Source of the DNA: Girardia tigrina
Lineage: Eukaryota
Assembly (NCBI GenBank): GCA_001938485.1
Contig: MQRK01248175.1
Coordinates: 1 to 57,376 of the forward strand
Direction of reading: 5' to 3'
Length of the DNA stretch: 57,376 bases
Of this stretch, positions 34,031 through 47,794 are shown piece after piece. Position numbers and translations under genes: made by a program. The stretch's first letter is position 1. Every line of letters begins with the position of its first letter. The notes below the pieces were generated by a model that searched no databases, was not told where the DNA came from, and saw only the letters and a program-made list of their open reading frames with translations.

Positions 34031-35895
34031 CAAAAGAATTCAGGAATGATAAGTAGTGAAGTAAATGCGTTATGTGATGTCTACTTATGATATTTGAATG
34101 GATTTCATCTATTTTTCGTGCACGAAGCAGTTTTTTGTAGACATTAAACATGTTACATTGTATTTAACTTGCAGAAATTGACACATATTTATTTCCGTTA
34201 AATACGAGGATTCTACTAATAATCAAATATTTTATTCTTTATTTTTTCTATAATAATTAACCTCTAAGTTCTTTTGCAGTTTCAGATCCCATTTTTGGTG
34301 AAAGTTTGTGTTAGACAGTAGGACGTAACTGTGTAAAAGACATTTTGAGAGAGTATAACCTTAATAATTTTATTTTTAAGTACATTAGTATATGACAGGT
34401 TTTAAAAATATAATTGAAAAAAAAACTAATTTGAAATGCAATATCAAACATGTATTTGGCCAAGGAACCACTACTGAAGATATTTAGAGATATTAAGGCA
34501 AGAGTCGTGAACGGAACACGGCTATTGACAAAGATCAAGTATATGTCAAATCTAATCTACGTATAACACTTGAAGAGATTTCTACTGAATTGGGTGTATT
34601 GTTCCAAACTATTTCCTACATCATACAAGACATTGGAAAGTTAACAAAAGCTTAACTAATTACATATATATGTGCAATATAATAAGCTAAACATAGCATT
34701 CTAAAATAATGTTTATTGGAAAATTAGAAAATTACAGTACCGGTATAGAACAAAAGTTATATACACATGAATATTGTTAGGACATTGGAAATATACTAAT
34801 TCAAATTGCAGTCTAATTAAGGCATTCTCCCAAAGAAATTCAACTTAACGGCTCTTATTTGACCCATAAAGGCAGTCGAGTCGTACATGTCTCGCTGTAG
34901 GCCCCCTGGGAATGGTCCCCGATTCTTTTGATTGTATTTTACTCTTGCCGTCCTTTAAAAGAACAAATTTATTTCAACTGTAACACAATTTTTATATTAT
35001 ATAGGTCTTATATCTTTATCTGACGACTCCTGGACATTTGATGTTAGTTTTGAAATGTTTTCTAAATATTATGATCATCAATTAATCAATTAATCAATTT
35101 TTAATTAATGGATATTATTAAAAGAATTACCAAGAATAAAAATACTCTAAAGTACTTTGGGTTGGCAATTAATAATTAAAAATAAGAATAAGCTATTTGG
35201 TGACAAATGGATAAATTTATAATTATTATTAATTGATTGTTTCATATTTTTAATAATTTTAATTTATTATTCGAATTAAAAATGGAAAGGTTTCTATAAT
35301 TAAATGTTTTTGAATTTTTCAGTTAATATTTTTCTCAATTTGTTTAAAGAATAATCACAGTTTATTTCCAAAGATAACATTAAAATTCTTGACAAAAATG
35401 TTTATAAAAATGCAGATGATAAGTGTTTTCTTACAAGAAGAAAATTAGCAGAAAAAGAAGTTATTAACGTTATTACAACGGAAATAATAGTGGACTTGAT
35501 GTTAGGACATTAATGTTATTATTATTTGGAAATTTATTTGAAAACAAACTTCATTTATCAATGACTCTTATGCAACGATGTCCTGGGTTGTTCGGTAAAA
35601 GGGAATTAATTAGGAATTAACTAAGCTCAAAATTCTCTTTTACTAGCATAATATAAATTTGAAAAATAGGAAAAATATCTTAATTAATTATATTGAACAA
35701 AAATAATTTTACAGTAGGATACAAAAGATAAAAACGAACATCTGTAGACTTCAAAGAAGTGAGGTGTTCTGGATAGATAAAAACATATTAATTAGTGCTA
35801 GCTTAAGTAATACTAGCTTCCTATCTAGATGTACTTGATCAGAGTTCGTGTTTAGGAGAATCGGAGTGTATTAAAAATTGTCTTTTTTTGAAATA

Positions 35896-37238
35896 CAGGG
35901 TGAGTCAGAAGTCACTGGACAGTCATTATATTAGTGATCCAAGTGTACAAAAATGAGTTTACATCGATCAGTCGGTTGATATCTTGGTGTAAACTCACTA
36001 AGAAGATCATGTGAACACATCTTACAAATAGTCCATTTAAGTCAATAATTTCATATTTATAGTCGATAATTTCATCATTTAACAAACCTTAAAAATGGCA
36101 GAGTCAAATAATTCCAAACTAATAACTGAAGAATGCGTATTTCTCATAAAAAAACATTTTATAAAACGGACAACGAAAGTGAAATATGTAGACGATTCCA
36201 AGAAAAATTTGGTAGGGCGGTTAAAAGAGACACAATAGCGAATCTAATTTACCGCTTTGAAATAACTGTTTCCTGTGAAGATCTTCCTAGATGTGGTAGA
36301 CCTAAATCTGTTTGCAACTCTGAAAAAAGACAAATTATTACATATAATTTTACAAATAGTCCTCGAAGATCCACCAGACGAGCATCACAAGAGCTTAGCA
36401 TTTCTCAAACTTCCATTGTCAGTCTGCTGCACGATGTTCATTTAAAACCTTACCATCCACATTTACTCCACTCCTTGAATGAAGATGATTATGACCGTCG
36501 AGTTGAATTCTCTCAGATTTTTCAACAACTTTGCCATGAGGACGCTACATTTCCAGAGAAGATTATTTGGAGTGATGAGGCAACCTTCAAGCTTAACGGA
36601 CAGGTCAATCGTCACAATTCTGTTTACTGGGTCCATGAAAATCCGCACGAAATCCTACAAAAAGAAGTCAACGCAGTTGGTGTCGCAGTTTGGATTGGAA
36701 TCACTGCTTCCGATCTGGTAGGGCCGTTTTTCTTTGAAGGTTCTGTGACAGGTGATAGTTACGTGTCAATGCTTAACAATAATTTTATACCAGTGTGAAG
36801 AACTGGCCGCTTGGGGAGATGTGGTTTCAACAAGATGGTGCATCTCCCCATTACAGCATTGTAGCGCGAAACTGGCTCAAGGACAACTTTCCAAACAGAT
36901 GGATTGGTCGCCGCGGTTCGATCGAGTATCCTACTCGCTCCCTAGATCTTACTCCTCCTGATTTCTTTATATGGGGTCTGTTATAGAATTTAGTGTATGC
37001 CAAAAAGCCGGAAACAATAGATCAACTTGTGGCAATGATAATGAATTCTTGTACAGAAATTAGTGATGATTTATGCCGAAGTGTTTGCTATTCTGTCGTT
37101 CGAAGGACTGCAAAATGCATTGAAGAAGGCGGCCAACATTTTCAGCATTTACTCCATTAGATTGTGTAATTTTAATGTAATAATAAATTAAATTTTTAAA
37201 ACCTGTCGTTTTGACTGCCCGGTGACTTCTGACTCACC

Positions 37239-37241
<3 letters not shown>
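35896..37241 (+). mobile_element. Full-length DD41D (rosa/Visitor-type) Tc1/mariner transposon
   Basis: ~30-bp TIRs cagggtgagtcagaagtcac..., TA flanks, 1346 bp. Confidence 0.95.
36095..37160 (+). pseudogene. DD41D transposase (2 frameshifts, 1 stop)
   Basis: WSDEATF; 41 residues between the D of QQDGA and the final D of LDLTPPD; ends GGQHFQHLLH*. Confidence 0.93.

Positions 37242-37293
<52 letters not shown>
37242..37293. repeat. (TA)n microsatellite running into an N-gap
   Basis: Direct observation. Confidence 0.95.
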
Positions 37294-37554
37294 NNNNNNN
37301 NNNNNNNNNNNNNNNNNNNNNNNNNNNNNNNNNNNNNNNNNNNNNNNNNNNNNNTTAGTTTATATCGTAATGATATGTACAAATATTAAAATTTTTATGT
37401 GTTATTTTAAATTTTAAGGTTTAGAAAAAGTAAATAAAAATTTGTTACTAATTAAATTGCATTTGTGCTAAAAGATTTATTGAAAAATTAGGTATCATGC
37501 ATAGTTAAAAACGAATTTTTTTTAAAGAAGTAACATTTATTCTAGGATATTAAA

Positions 37555-38815
37555 CTGTTCTAAAGATTTTTATTCACTTTTAATATCTGGCACAGTCGAC
37601 TTTTTATTGACCTATACAATTTGATAACAATATGTCTTCTAGATGAGGTAATGAAGTGTATGGCATTTTTGATGGATAAGCAAAATTCTGCCTTATTTTT
37701 ATACTGAGAGTCATCGTAAACCATGTCGGATATTTTCTTCCACATATCCTCAGTAATATTAAATCTGGACTTTTCGCAGGCCAATTAAGTACAGAAATTT
37801 CACTTTCTTTCATAAATTCCTTTATAAGTTTGCTTTTATGAACCGAACTTTTGTCTTCCTGGAAGTAGAAATTATCACCACAGTTAAGTTTTATGATAGG
37901 AATAGCATTATGTATTACTAATTACTTATAATCTTTAGATCCGAATTTTCCTTCTATGATTTTGTATGAAAGAAGTCCGTTAAGCAGAACCATCATCCAG
38001 ACCATAACACTACCCCTTTACATTGGTGCTTTTGACGAGTATATTTCTCGATTTTTTTGTACATATGTCCTCTAATCGTCTGACTCATCCAATGCAACTC
38101 TTTTCTCATCCATAAATATTATCGTTTCCCAACTGTGGATTTCGTTAATCCATCTAGAAATATGATCAATTCTTCTGCTTCCTTGATAACGATATTTCTG
38201 CTTTAATTTTTTGATATTTGTAACCTACAACTATCAGATGTCTTTGTACTGTCCGAGTTGAATAATTTAAATCGCATTCTGCAATCAATTTGGACGAATT
38301 AAGTTTTTGAAAATTTGACTGCAAATGTTCTATCGTCCTCTTAATTGATAATTTCATATTTTTTGTTAATTTTTGTCGCGGTCCTGAGACATCTTTTCTT
38401 ATTATATCGACAAAGATTAATTGCCGAATTTCTTGAAATCGATAATCTTCTAGAAATCTCTGAATAATTCAACCCTTCCGTTTTCCACTTCCTTACCAAA
38501 TGTTTTTCAAAATAACTTCTCCTTTCTGTCTAGAATTTAAGAAAATATCTGTATATTTATAAATAATAACAATTAAACTGGGCAAATCGTTTAACAATAT
38601 AAAAAAATCTTACTTTTTTAAAAAATATGTCGACTGAATTTTTACATAATAAATAAATTTAAATGATTTATTTAAACAAATGCTTTATCCCTTTCCATTT
38701 ATACTAAACATAACACTTGACAAAATTATTTGATTCACTACATTCATTACTCAAAATAATGTTTATTTTATTTTATTTCTTAAATAATAAAGTGTTTTAA
38801 AAAATTTGTCGCCCA

Positions 38816-38816
<1 letters not shown>
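37555..38816 (-). mobile_element. Tc1-family DD34E transposon, degraded
   Basis: STRTVQRHL, WETIIFMDEK, FQEDK...LNWPAKSPD/NITEDMW (about 34 spacing across a frameshift). TIR-like ctgggcgacaaattt abuts (TA)n at 38817-38861. Confidence 0.85.
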
Positions 38817-38863
<47 letters not shown>

Positions 38864-38930
38864 AAATTGTTAAAATAGATAATTATTAAAAATATTTTTT
38901 AAATAATCAAAGTATCATAGTATTTTAAAT

Positions 38931-38967
38931 AATCATTTATCACGATCTTTGATCATCTTCAGCGACT
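38931..38967 (-). ncRNA. Degenerate minimal hammerhead motif
   Basis: CUGAAGA-U-GAUC-aaa-GAUC-GUGA (GAAA box mutated), about 150 nt 3' of a PLE endonuclease tail. Confidence 0.4.
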
Positions 38968-39104
38968 TTATTTGTCTTGTAATTGATTTTTTACTATTAT
39001 TTGTTTTTATAATAATTTATTTAATTTTTAAAAATAATATAGAAACAAAACTTTTAAGAATAATATTAGAGTTCAATGTTATTGTTTACTATTGTAATTA
39101 ATTT

Positions 39105-39300
39105 TATTTAAAAGTATTTAATGTTGAGGCTGCTTTATTATTTCCACTTTGTATGTTAATCAAGGGGTTATGATGTCGTATTAGAAATGATTCACAATAA
39201 AACATCTCATTATATGATTTTAAATTCTTCTGAATAATAGGAAATTCATGTTTTGAAATTGATGAAGTTCTTTCTTTACAACATTTGCAGTGATCAAGAA
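39105..39300 (-). mobile_element. Penelope-like GIY-YIG C-terminal tail
   Basis: Minus strand DHCKCC...CESFLIRHHNPLINIQ. Confidence 0.6.
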
Positions 39301-42065
39301 TCTTACTCGATCTAGTTGACTATGATTGTTCACTAATCCGTGTTTGGAGATGAGGATTTTTCTCTCCCTTGTGGGCTTCCAATCTCTTTCGAATGGTATT
39401 GAACCTCTAGGCTGTATAGAGGGTCCACCAAAACTCAAATGTTACTAGTAGCCCCCGAAATGCCTCCTATGGAGTTGATTAGTTTCGGTCTCTGATATCT
39501 TTTCGGCTTCCCTGTAAGAAACGGACACCTATTGGTTGTATATCCATGATTTTGTATGCCTTAGGCTGTATTCGTTGACTTATTTCAACTGCGAAGGAGA
39601 CATCTGTACTCTCTTCTTGCTGTGAGATCTGCAATCCTAAAAGTCAGTTGTGTTTCCCAGTACCTATCGCTTCCTCCACGCCCGTGGAGTTATTCGGGGC
39701 GTCAATCACGGATTGAATCTGATTACCTGGAATGTTAAAGTTTTCTTCAACTCTTTTTCTGTGTTACTTGTTATTATCATTGTCAGTACTCCAATTTCTT
39801 CTGTCAACGCCAATTTATGATCTCGCTTAAGGTGCCTGGTCAGCCACCTTTTGTTTTAAATGGTTTTTTACAATGGTAATTGTTGTTGTTGTGTCTCGTT
39901 GAGCTCATCAGGATTAGCGGAAGAGGAAACAAATGTGGGGGTCCAATGTCCAGGATGTCCATATGGATCTTTTCAATCTTGTTTTTCTTCCTAAATATGC
40001 GCGTGCATAGGTTATGAAGGGCATGTAATTTCTTAATGTTCTTATCCGCAGTTCTCCAGGTTTCACAGTCGTAGTAGACTACGGAGAATATAAATGCGTT
40101 GATAACTTTTTTCTTATTCCTCATACTCAGTTTGGAACTCTTCAGCACTGGTCTTAGTTCCCTGATCTTCTGGGTTCCTTTCTTGATTCTTTCCTTACCT
40201 TTCAGGTCCACGTTGCCTGCTGAAGAAACCGTGTATTCTAGGTAACGAAAACTAGAGACCCGATCAATACCGGCCTCAAACTGGTGCCCAGTAGTAATGA
40301 TCCGATTATCTCCGTTTAGGTTCAAAACTTTGGTTTTACCGATGTTAATTTTGAGACCTAAATCTAAAAAGAATGCATTTAAAATGTTCAAATTATTTAT
40401 CAGATTGTTCTAGTCCGTGTCGATGAGGGTGAGGTCGCCAACACATACTAGTCTGTTTATCTCAAAGACGCTTCCGTCTTCATATTTCATCATCATTCTT
40501 CCAGAAAGACCGTTTAATATTTCTCTTGTCATCACCATGTCGAATACATTATTAAACAGGAACGGCCCTAAAACACAACCTTTATGCACATTGTAGATTT
40601 TATTCCTCATAGAACCTTTAAATCTCTCGCGGAAAGCTTTGATGATATCCAACATTCTCCACTTTATCCCTAGTCTCTTTAAACAGCTCCAGGGAGACTC
40701 CCAGAGGACACTGTAGAATGCTTTCTCCAATTTGATAAAGATGACATACATATGAATTTCCTTACATCGCGCTTCCTCCTATAATTTCTTAAGGATACTT
40801 ATAGCCAACTGAGTTCCTCTTTGTGGCCGAAATCCATACTGCCACTCATACAGTATCACTTCGATGATCGGAGTGACTCAGTTTGCGATGATTCTGACCA
40901 GAATCTTTCCTCCTACATTTAATAAAAAATGCCTTGGTAGTTATTTAGATCTTTTCAAGAGTATTTACCTTTGAAGAAAATCACAACTTTAACCTCTCTC
41001 CAACTTCATGTGAATGCCTCTAGTCTGTTCCATTGTCCTTAAAGCACTCTTCCAGTAGGGTTAGTATTTTCACACACCCCCGCTTATAGATTTCATGGAT
41101 CAATCCATCAGATCACGCGTCTGTCCCACTCTTCTTCATTGTCTCCTCTACTTCCTCTCGCGTCGGAGGAGAATCCAAATCATCGAGATTCGGAATGTCT
41201 CCAGCAAAACATCCGTCCTTTCCTTCTGATCCAATGGGCTCTAAAAAAATTATTGAAGTGGTTAGTCAGCTCCGTGTTCCTAAAATGGTTCGAGGGAGTA
41301 CACAACGTGTTCTCCTTCGATTGTGATTTACGGAGAATACGAAGTTCCGTCGTGAGCTCCTTCAGTTTTCCTGCTCCGTCATTGTTGAGTATATTATTGA
41401 TTTGTTTCCTAAGAGCCTCGACTCTTTCACGTTTCCATCTTCTGATATTCTTCTAGTGAAATATTCTGCTAGTCTTTACACCTAGAAAAAGTGTCGTTGT
41501 TTCTATTCCTCACAAAGTCTCGCCCATTTTTCTCCAGTGAGTATCTTTAGATCCTCTAGGTTAACATGTATCCACTTTTTATTCGAGAGAGTTTGCTTTG
41601 ATCTTGTGCTTGCTCTCCGGACCACATTGCACATCGTTTGTAGACTTCCAATCGGTACCTTAAAATTGAACATGTGTAAATGTTTCGATTATCGTTTCTT
41701 TTTTCTTCATGATTGCTTCTCGATCCGGTATCTTGTGTTTGCGCTTGTTTTTGTTGGTTCTAAGCCTCTGCGGTCTTCTTCCTCCCTCTCGGACTCAGGC
41801 AGTTATAACTACCAGATCGTGGCCAAAAATAGTCGAATCCTGGATAGCTTTGGATGTCAGTGTACCTATTAGATCGATTTTTTTCAATAAAAAAGAGATC
41901 CAATAATGACCTCCTAGATGTTGCTGCGTGAATCCAGCTTGTTATCTGGATAAGCTTTTTCCTATAAAAGGTGTTTTCAATACGCAGTTCAAATAATATC
42001 GCCATCTCTGTCAGCAGCTCTCCGTTCTCCGACATCTTCACGTTCTCCAATGTAAGAGTTTTTAC
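39300..42065 (-). mobile_element. RTE-type LINE, 5'-truncated, degraded (partial APE, RT, C-terminal zinc fingers)
   Basis: APE: ENGELL, ENTFYRKK, LDLFF. RT: QYGFRP, KGCVLGPFLF, GLKINIGKTKV, SFRYLE, YDCETW. C2H2 remnants at 39815-39872 and 39530-39602. Confidence 0.9.
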
Positions 42066-43697
42066 ACTCGTAAAAATGAATATTTTACACAATATTAGCT
42101 TTCACTAAATTGACAGTTGTGGATTAATTGTAAGGTAATTTCTTAATTAAGATGTTACGGATACTATCTTAACATTATCGATAATTTTATAAATGTTATT
42201 CTGAAATCTTCTCAAACTTTCTAAATAAGGATTTTTTTAATTTTAACTCATTTTCCTTCATCATGTTTGATATGTTTCAAAAATAACTTAGTTAAACATG
42301 TTTTATAAATTGTTTGTTGAACTTAATTGTTTCAAAGCTTCATACTTAATCCACGGGAATTTAATTTGTAATATATTTGAATGTTAGACATATGGAAGAT
42401 AAATTTCAAACTTAGTGAACCAAGACCTTTATCATAATCTATCTACATTTTTGTGGAAATAGCAGATTACAGCAAATGTTGATTGAAAAACCAGACAGAA
42501 ACCCTTTCGGTGGGAATGAAACTCCAAACATTTCTTTGCTGACCCTGATATAAAAGCAGAAGGAAAAAGGCTATCAGAGTAAATGTTGCGCGGGAATTCT
42601 ACCTGATGTTATTTAATGAGGGAAGCTTTCGGCATTTTATAATTGGAAATTTACTTGAATTCTCAAGAAATTTAAATGCTTCAGATATTTCAAAGAGGAA
42701 TTTGAAATCGTTACTCCAACCAGTGTTTTCTGTATGTGGGAGTGTCACGTCTCCTCTGTATCTTGGCTGAAGAATTTCATATTCATTGGAAATGAACTCA
42801 ATGAAAATATAGTTCCTATTGGGCTTAACCGAATGCATCGGGAAAAACTATAAGCAAGCAAATGGCGAGTACTCAGGTTAATGACATGGTGTTGGAATCC
42901 GATATACTGAGTTTTTGTAATCCTTTTTTTGTAATGGATATAAAAAAAATTATTTTTTTGATTTACTAGTTAAATGTTAGTTATTCTGAAAATTACGGTT
43001 AAAATATCGAAATTAATAACACAATACTCAATTTTAATTGGCTTATTCATTTTAAATAAAGCATTGCCTAACAAATGTATTTCTTAAATTGATTGTTATA
43101 AATTTTAGAAATAATTTTTTTCATATATATAAATTATAAAATAGTAGCGAATTTTCCATCACACATTCCTCAGGCGCAGTGACATTAACTGTCGAATGTA
43201 TCACTCGGATCGGTAATTATGGACACTTTCGTTCAGAACTGATTCATTTATCTCTATTATTTACAAACTTTTTTTCACAAATAATATTTTTTAATTTCTA
43301 AATTTTTATATAAAAGTTATGTATATACAGTAATAATTTTATGTACAGTATACTATAAATATAGTTCATTTGTTGATCCATTGGTCAAATTACAGTGATC
43401 CCGAAAAGTTCTTATGATTTATTATTTGCGGTCCATCAGACCGGAAATCAAATTCATTCATATTTTATAAATTTGAAAGCAATTTTGAAGAGACAATTAT
43501 GATAAGATAATGGATGTCATATTATTCTACTTTTGGGATATTTATGAAGATATGAATAAGATAATAAAAGAACTGTATTCTTCTATGTATAATTAATTAT
43601 CTTTGATAATCCTTTTTATTCCTTTTATTTGTTTACGTTTACTTCCAATTCTAAAGTATATAAATGATATTAAGTTGACTTTGGGAAAGTCATGTTA

Positions 43698-44350
43698 CAG
43701 TCGAAATCTGGGAACCGTAATAATTTATTCGGATTAGAGGATTTCAAGATAACATAAATTATTTTGAATCATTCTCAAATAGCGAAGAAACGAAAGTAAT
43801 TTATGTTAACAAGATATTTATTAAATAAAACTACTTAGATAAACTGGTAATTAACATCAAATGTACATTATTTTTACAAAGTATATTAAACAATGCTAAA
43901 CAGTGACCACCATATTACAGCATTTATTTATATCTTATTGCATATTATTCCCTCATGTGAAAGAATTCAGTTAATTGTGGTTGTCTGTTTGTCTTTACTA
44001 ATTGGAGTAATACATCTTCACTCAGCTTTTGAACAGCATGGAGATGATATTCACTAAAACCGGAATGAGTCACCAAGAAGCACTGTGCTGTTTTTTATTG
44101 CTTCAAGTGTTTCCTGATCAGTGGAAACAGTAAATTCCTCAGAATCATTATACTTATTTTCCTCACCACTCAGCACATCTGGTGGTGCTGAGATAACAGA
44201 TTCCACTATCTCTATATCGGATAATCCTGTAGTAATTGTCTTGCTGTAGTCTATATTCACAAAATTTTCAAAATGCACTTCCGCTGATAATTAAAGAAAT
44301 TCACGTAATCTGTGAAACATATTGAAATCATCTTTCAGGTTGGTAATTTA
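43698..44350 (-). mobile_element. pogo/Tigger transposon 3' fragment
   Basis: FENFVNID...LSDIEIVESV...QETLEAI, terminal RQPQLTEFF, TIR-like TA-cagtcgaa at 43698. Confidence 0.7.
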
Positions 44351-45019
44351 CGCGATATGTAACGGAACATGCATAACATTTTTAAAACATCGTGAATTTG
44401 GAAGCTTCCCAATTACTAGAAGAGGATATTTCTTTCCGAAAATTGATTCACAGTTGAGGACAGTAATGCGTTTTTAGAATATTTACCACCATGAACATTT
44501 TCATGTGCAAATATTAAAGTTATTTCGAGAGTCAGTCACTAAAAAAGACCATGTTAATAACATGGAGACAATTGTCATTTTAATTTTTTTTATTTTCACT
44601 ATGAGGGAAAATTCGGAATATTGAAAGTTTGTTATTTTGTTTAGATTGGTGAAATTCCTACTCAGATGGGATTGATATGTTATTGATTAATTATATAAAT
44701 CTAATGAAATTAATGTAATAGATTAATGTTTAAATTCTAATTAATTAAAAGTTTTATAATTATAAATTTAATAATATTTTAAGTAAACAATTTTAACTTA
44801 TTGAATTTAATATAATTTAAAAACTAATATTTATTTTAAAAATTACTTAATGCATTTTTATCCAATAATATTTTTAGAAATTAAAAGTTAATATTATTCT
44901 TATCTCAATAATCAATTTAAAGATTTGAATACATCTACAAAAACATATTAATCAAGAACGATGCTTCACGTAGAAATTGCTACAGAGAAGGATTCTGTTT
45001 GTGTTGTAAATAAATTTTC

Positions 45020-45160
45020 TAACGGAAATTGTGATGCTGCTTATAATCATCTTTAAAGTCATCACAACTCTCAGAAGATCGTTCACTGTTTGGCATCGCT
45101 CTAATTGGTTTTTTATTTCTATTTTTATCATGATTATTCGAACCATTTTTCTAAATCTTT
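45020..45160 (-). repeat. Divergent copy of the MSN/MPN mini-ORF repeat
   Basis: gttcgaataat...ttagagcgATGCCAAACAGTGAA...ctgagagttgt, matching the landmarks of 5735-6040. Confidence 0.6.
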
Positions 45161-45399
45161 TTAAAATATTTAATTTCTAAAAATGTTTCTTTATAAAAAC
45201 TCAAAATAATAAAAATGTTATAAAATTATTAAAAATGAATTTAATTTAAATTTTATTAGTTTTATTTACATCTAATTAAATGCTGTTCTTTTTTAAAAAA
45301 ACATTAAACTTAATTGTAATTGTTAATTTAAAAAATATAAACCTATCAAATTATTATTTTAATTATGTTTGAATAGTCAATCCCTGTAAATACAAAAAA

Positions 45400-45510
45400 T
45401 ACCAATTTCCATTTGGGTGGGAGAATCAACATTCTAAGATCAACAAACTCAAATCACCATGCAACCTCAATATATTCACACATTCATACAATTTAAAATA
45501 TTTCTCACAG
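45400..45510 (-). repeat. Short TG-rich dispersed repeat copy
   Basis: tgtgagaaatattttaaatt...tctcccacccaaatggaaattg. Confidence 0.55.
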
Positions 45511-46341
45511 ACCTAGTTCCTCACAGTTTACGATGTACTGTGGTTAATATTTCGTCATGATATGTCTTGAAACTACATGCTTCCAGTGTAAAATGACACA
45601 ACCTAGAACATCACAACTTTCCCCAGACATCTTCTTTGACGAAATATCATGCTGCTCTTTCCATCTGTTTTCTCAATGAATATCCACTTCAACATCAACT
45701 GCAATTTTCTTTATCGAATTTTCTTTTTTCCAGTTTTTTTATTCTAATTTTTGGATTTTTAAGTTTTTAGTTTTTACAATTTTTGAAAATGTATAGATAA
45801 AAGTTAGTTTTCTGAAATACATTTTCAGAAAAAAGTTGTTCTAAATTTTAAAATTTAATAAAATCCGGATTAAACAAATTCATTTCTTCACTTTTACTTC
45901 ATCCGGATTAAACGAATTTCAGGATTATACGCATCCTGATTACAGCATTTTCATTATATGTAGTAAACCGAATTTTTAATCGGGACTTAATATTTTATCC
46001 GGATTAAGTGATTTTGTCTGAATATTCAAAGATTTCCAAATAGAAAAGTACATTTAATTATTATAAATATACTTTAAATAAAATCAGAGGATCACTAAAA
46101 TCAAAACAATTAAGCCAATTAAACGTTTTATTTTCGTGTTTAATAATTGTGACGAATTACCAATCTCATATGCAAAAAGAAGTTTTATGATTGTTTGAAG
46201 AATGAAGACGTTCAAAAAATTCAACAAAATATTTAGGGATGTTGGATAAAGTACAGCAATGAAGAAGAAAAATCCTCTGAGAGTTGACAATGAATCGAAA
46301 TATTCTTTTTAATGTAAGTAGTTTGCTTTCATTTATTTCTA

Positions 46342-47793
46342 AGGTGTGTCCACTAAAAAAGTGCACAAGTTTTAAAACATCATAACTTTTTAATTAGACC
46401 TTCAAATTGACGGAAATCTGAACAAAGACTAGATCATAATAACACAATAACTATTTTATTATATCAAACTATTAAGGCCATAAGAGTTAGCAAGCATTAT
46501 TCTTTGTCTAATATTTGCAAATAATGTCCTAAAATATAAATTGTTAAACTGCTTTGCTTTAGTTTTGATTCTGCGAATCAACTGGTCTTCAGAATCGGCA
46601 GTCCAACCCTTTTCATACACCTTCTCCTTTAAATGAGCCTAAAACTTTTCAATTGGGCGTATTTGGGGAGCACAAGGTGGATTCGAATCCTTTTTGACAA
46701 ATGGAATTTTGTTGTCCTCTAAGCACTTCAGACTTGCTTTGGCGTAGTGACAAGAAGCAAGATCTGGCCAGAAGATGAAGTGACCAGCTGGGTATTTCTC
46801 ATTCAGATNNNNNNNNNNNNNNNNNNNNNNNNNNNNNNNNNNNNNNNNNNNNNNNNNNTTGCTTTGGCGTAGTGACAAGAAGCAAGATCTGGCCAGAAGA
46901 TGAAGTGACCAGCTGGGTATTTCTCATTCAGATAAGGAAGCAAACGCTTCGTTAAGCACTCGGAGATATAAATATCCTAATTAGAAGCTACATATTTCCA
47001 TTTCCTGATGTACAGGTTTGAAATGCCTCGTCTGGAAACAGTTGCCCGAAACCAAAACTTTTACTGGGAATTTCTCTCGAAATTTAAGGCGAATATTATC
47101 AGGTACATCACCGAACTTCTTTTGGTCCACATAATAACCCGATGTCATTGCTCCGGTGAGTGTAAAATACGNNNNNNNNNNNNNNNNNNNNNNNNNNNNN
47201 NNNNNNNNNNNNNNNNNNNNNNNNNNNNNNNNNGATTTTGCAACCTGGCTTTCTGGCGAATAATCTGTGTCGGAGTAACCTTTGGGGCTTCTTTCCTCTT
47301 TCGAAACACTATGTTATTAGTCTTGAGCATCTTTTGCACGTAAGACTTTGAACCATTCATTTCTCTACCTAACTTTCTCACACTTTGTCCAACAGTCAAA
47401 GTTGCACGCTGCAGAAGTCTCTTCATTTTGTCTGACGCCATTTTAACAGGTTTCCTTCCACTTCCTACTTTTCTTTCAATGCTGCGGGTCTTCTCATAGC
47501 GTTGTATTATTGCATATATACCTCTTCTGGAAAAATGAATGTCAGTAAACTTTGTCACAGTCTCACTTTTACTGTGCGTTTTGAAAAAAATTGATTATAT
47601 CTTCATGTCGTTTTGAAATCATTATAATTGTCTCTAAAATAAAACATATTAAACCAAAAATTTTAAATACCTGCTTTACTATTTCTAACCTATTAAAACA
47701 AATATTTAAATTCCAAATTTATGAAATTAAATAATATTACATTAAAAAGTTATGATGGTTTTCAAACTTGTGCACTTTTTAGTGGACACACCT
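46342..47793 (-). mobile_element. Full-length DD37E (ITmD37E-like) Tc1/mariner transposon
   Basis: TIRs aggtgtgtccactaaaaa(a)gtgcacaagttt with TA flanks. GSGRKP; FWPDLASCHY...NPPCAPQIRPIE gives 37 residues between D and E. Two N-gaps. Confidence 0.92.
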
Positions 47794-47794
47794 T

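Noticed and set aside
45020-45151. Candidate terminal host exon (KNGSNNHDKNRNKK...NFR*)
   Set aside because: Better explained as a copy of the dispersed MSN/MPN repeat.
46736-46933. ~73-bp direct duplication inside the DD37E transposase
   Set aside because: Identical copies flank an N-gap, typical of an unmerged contig overlap.
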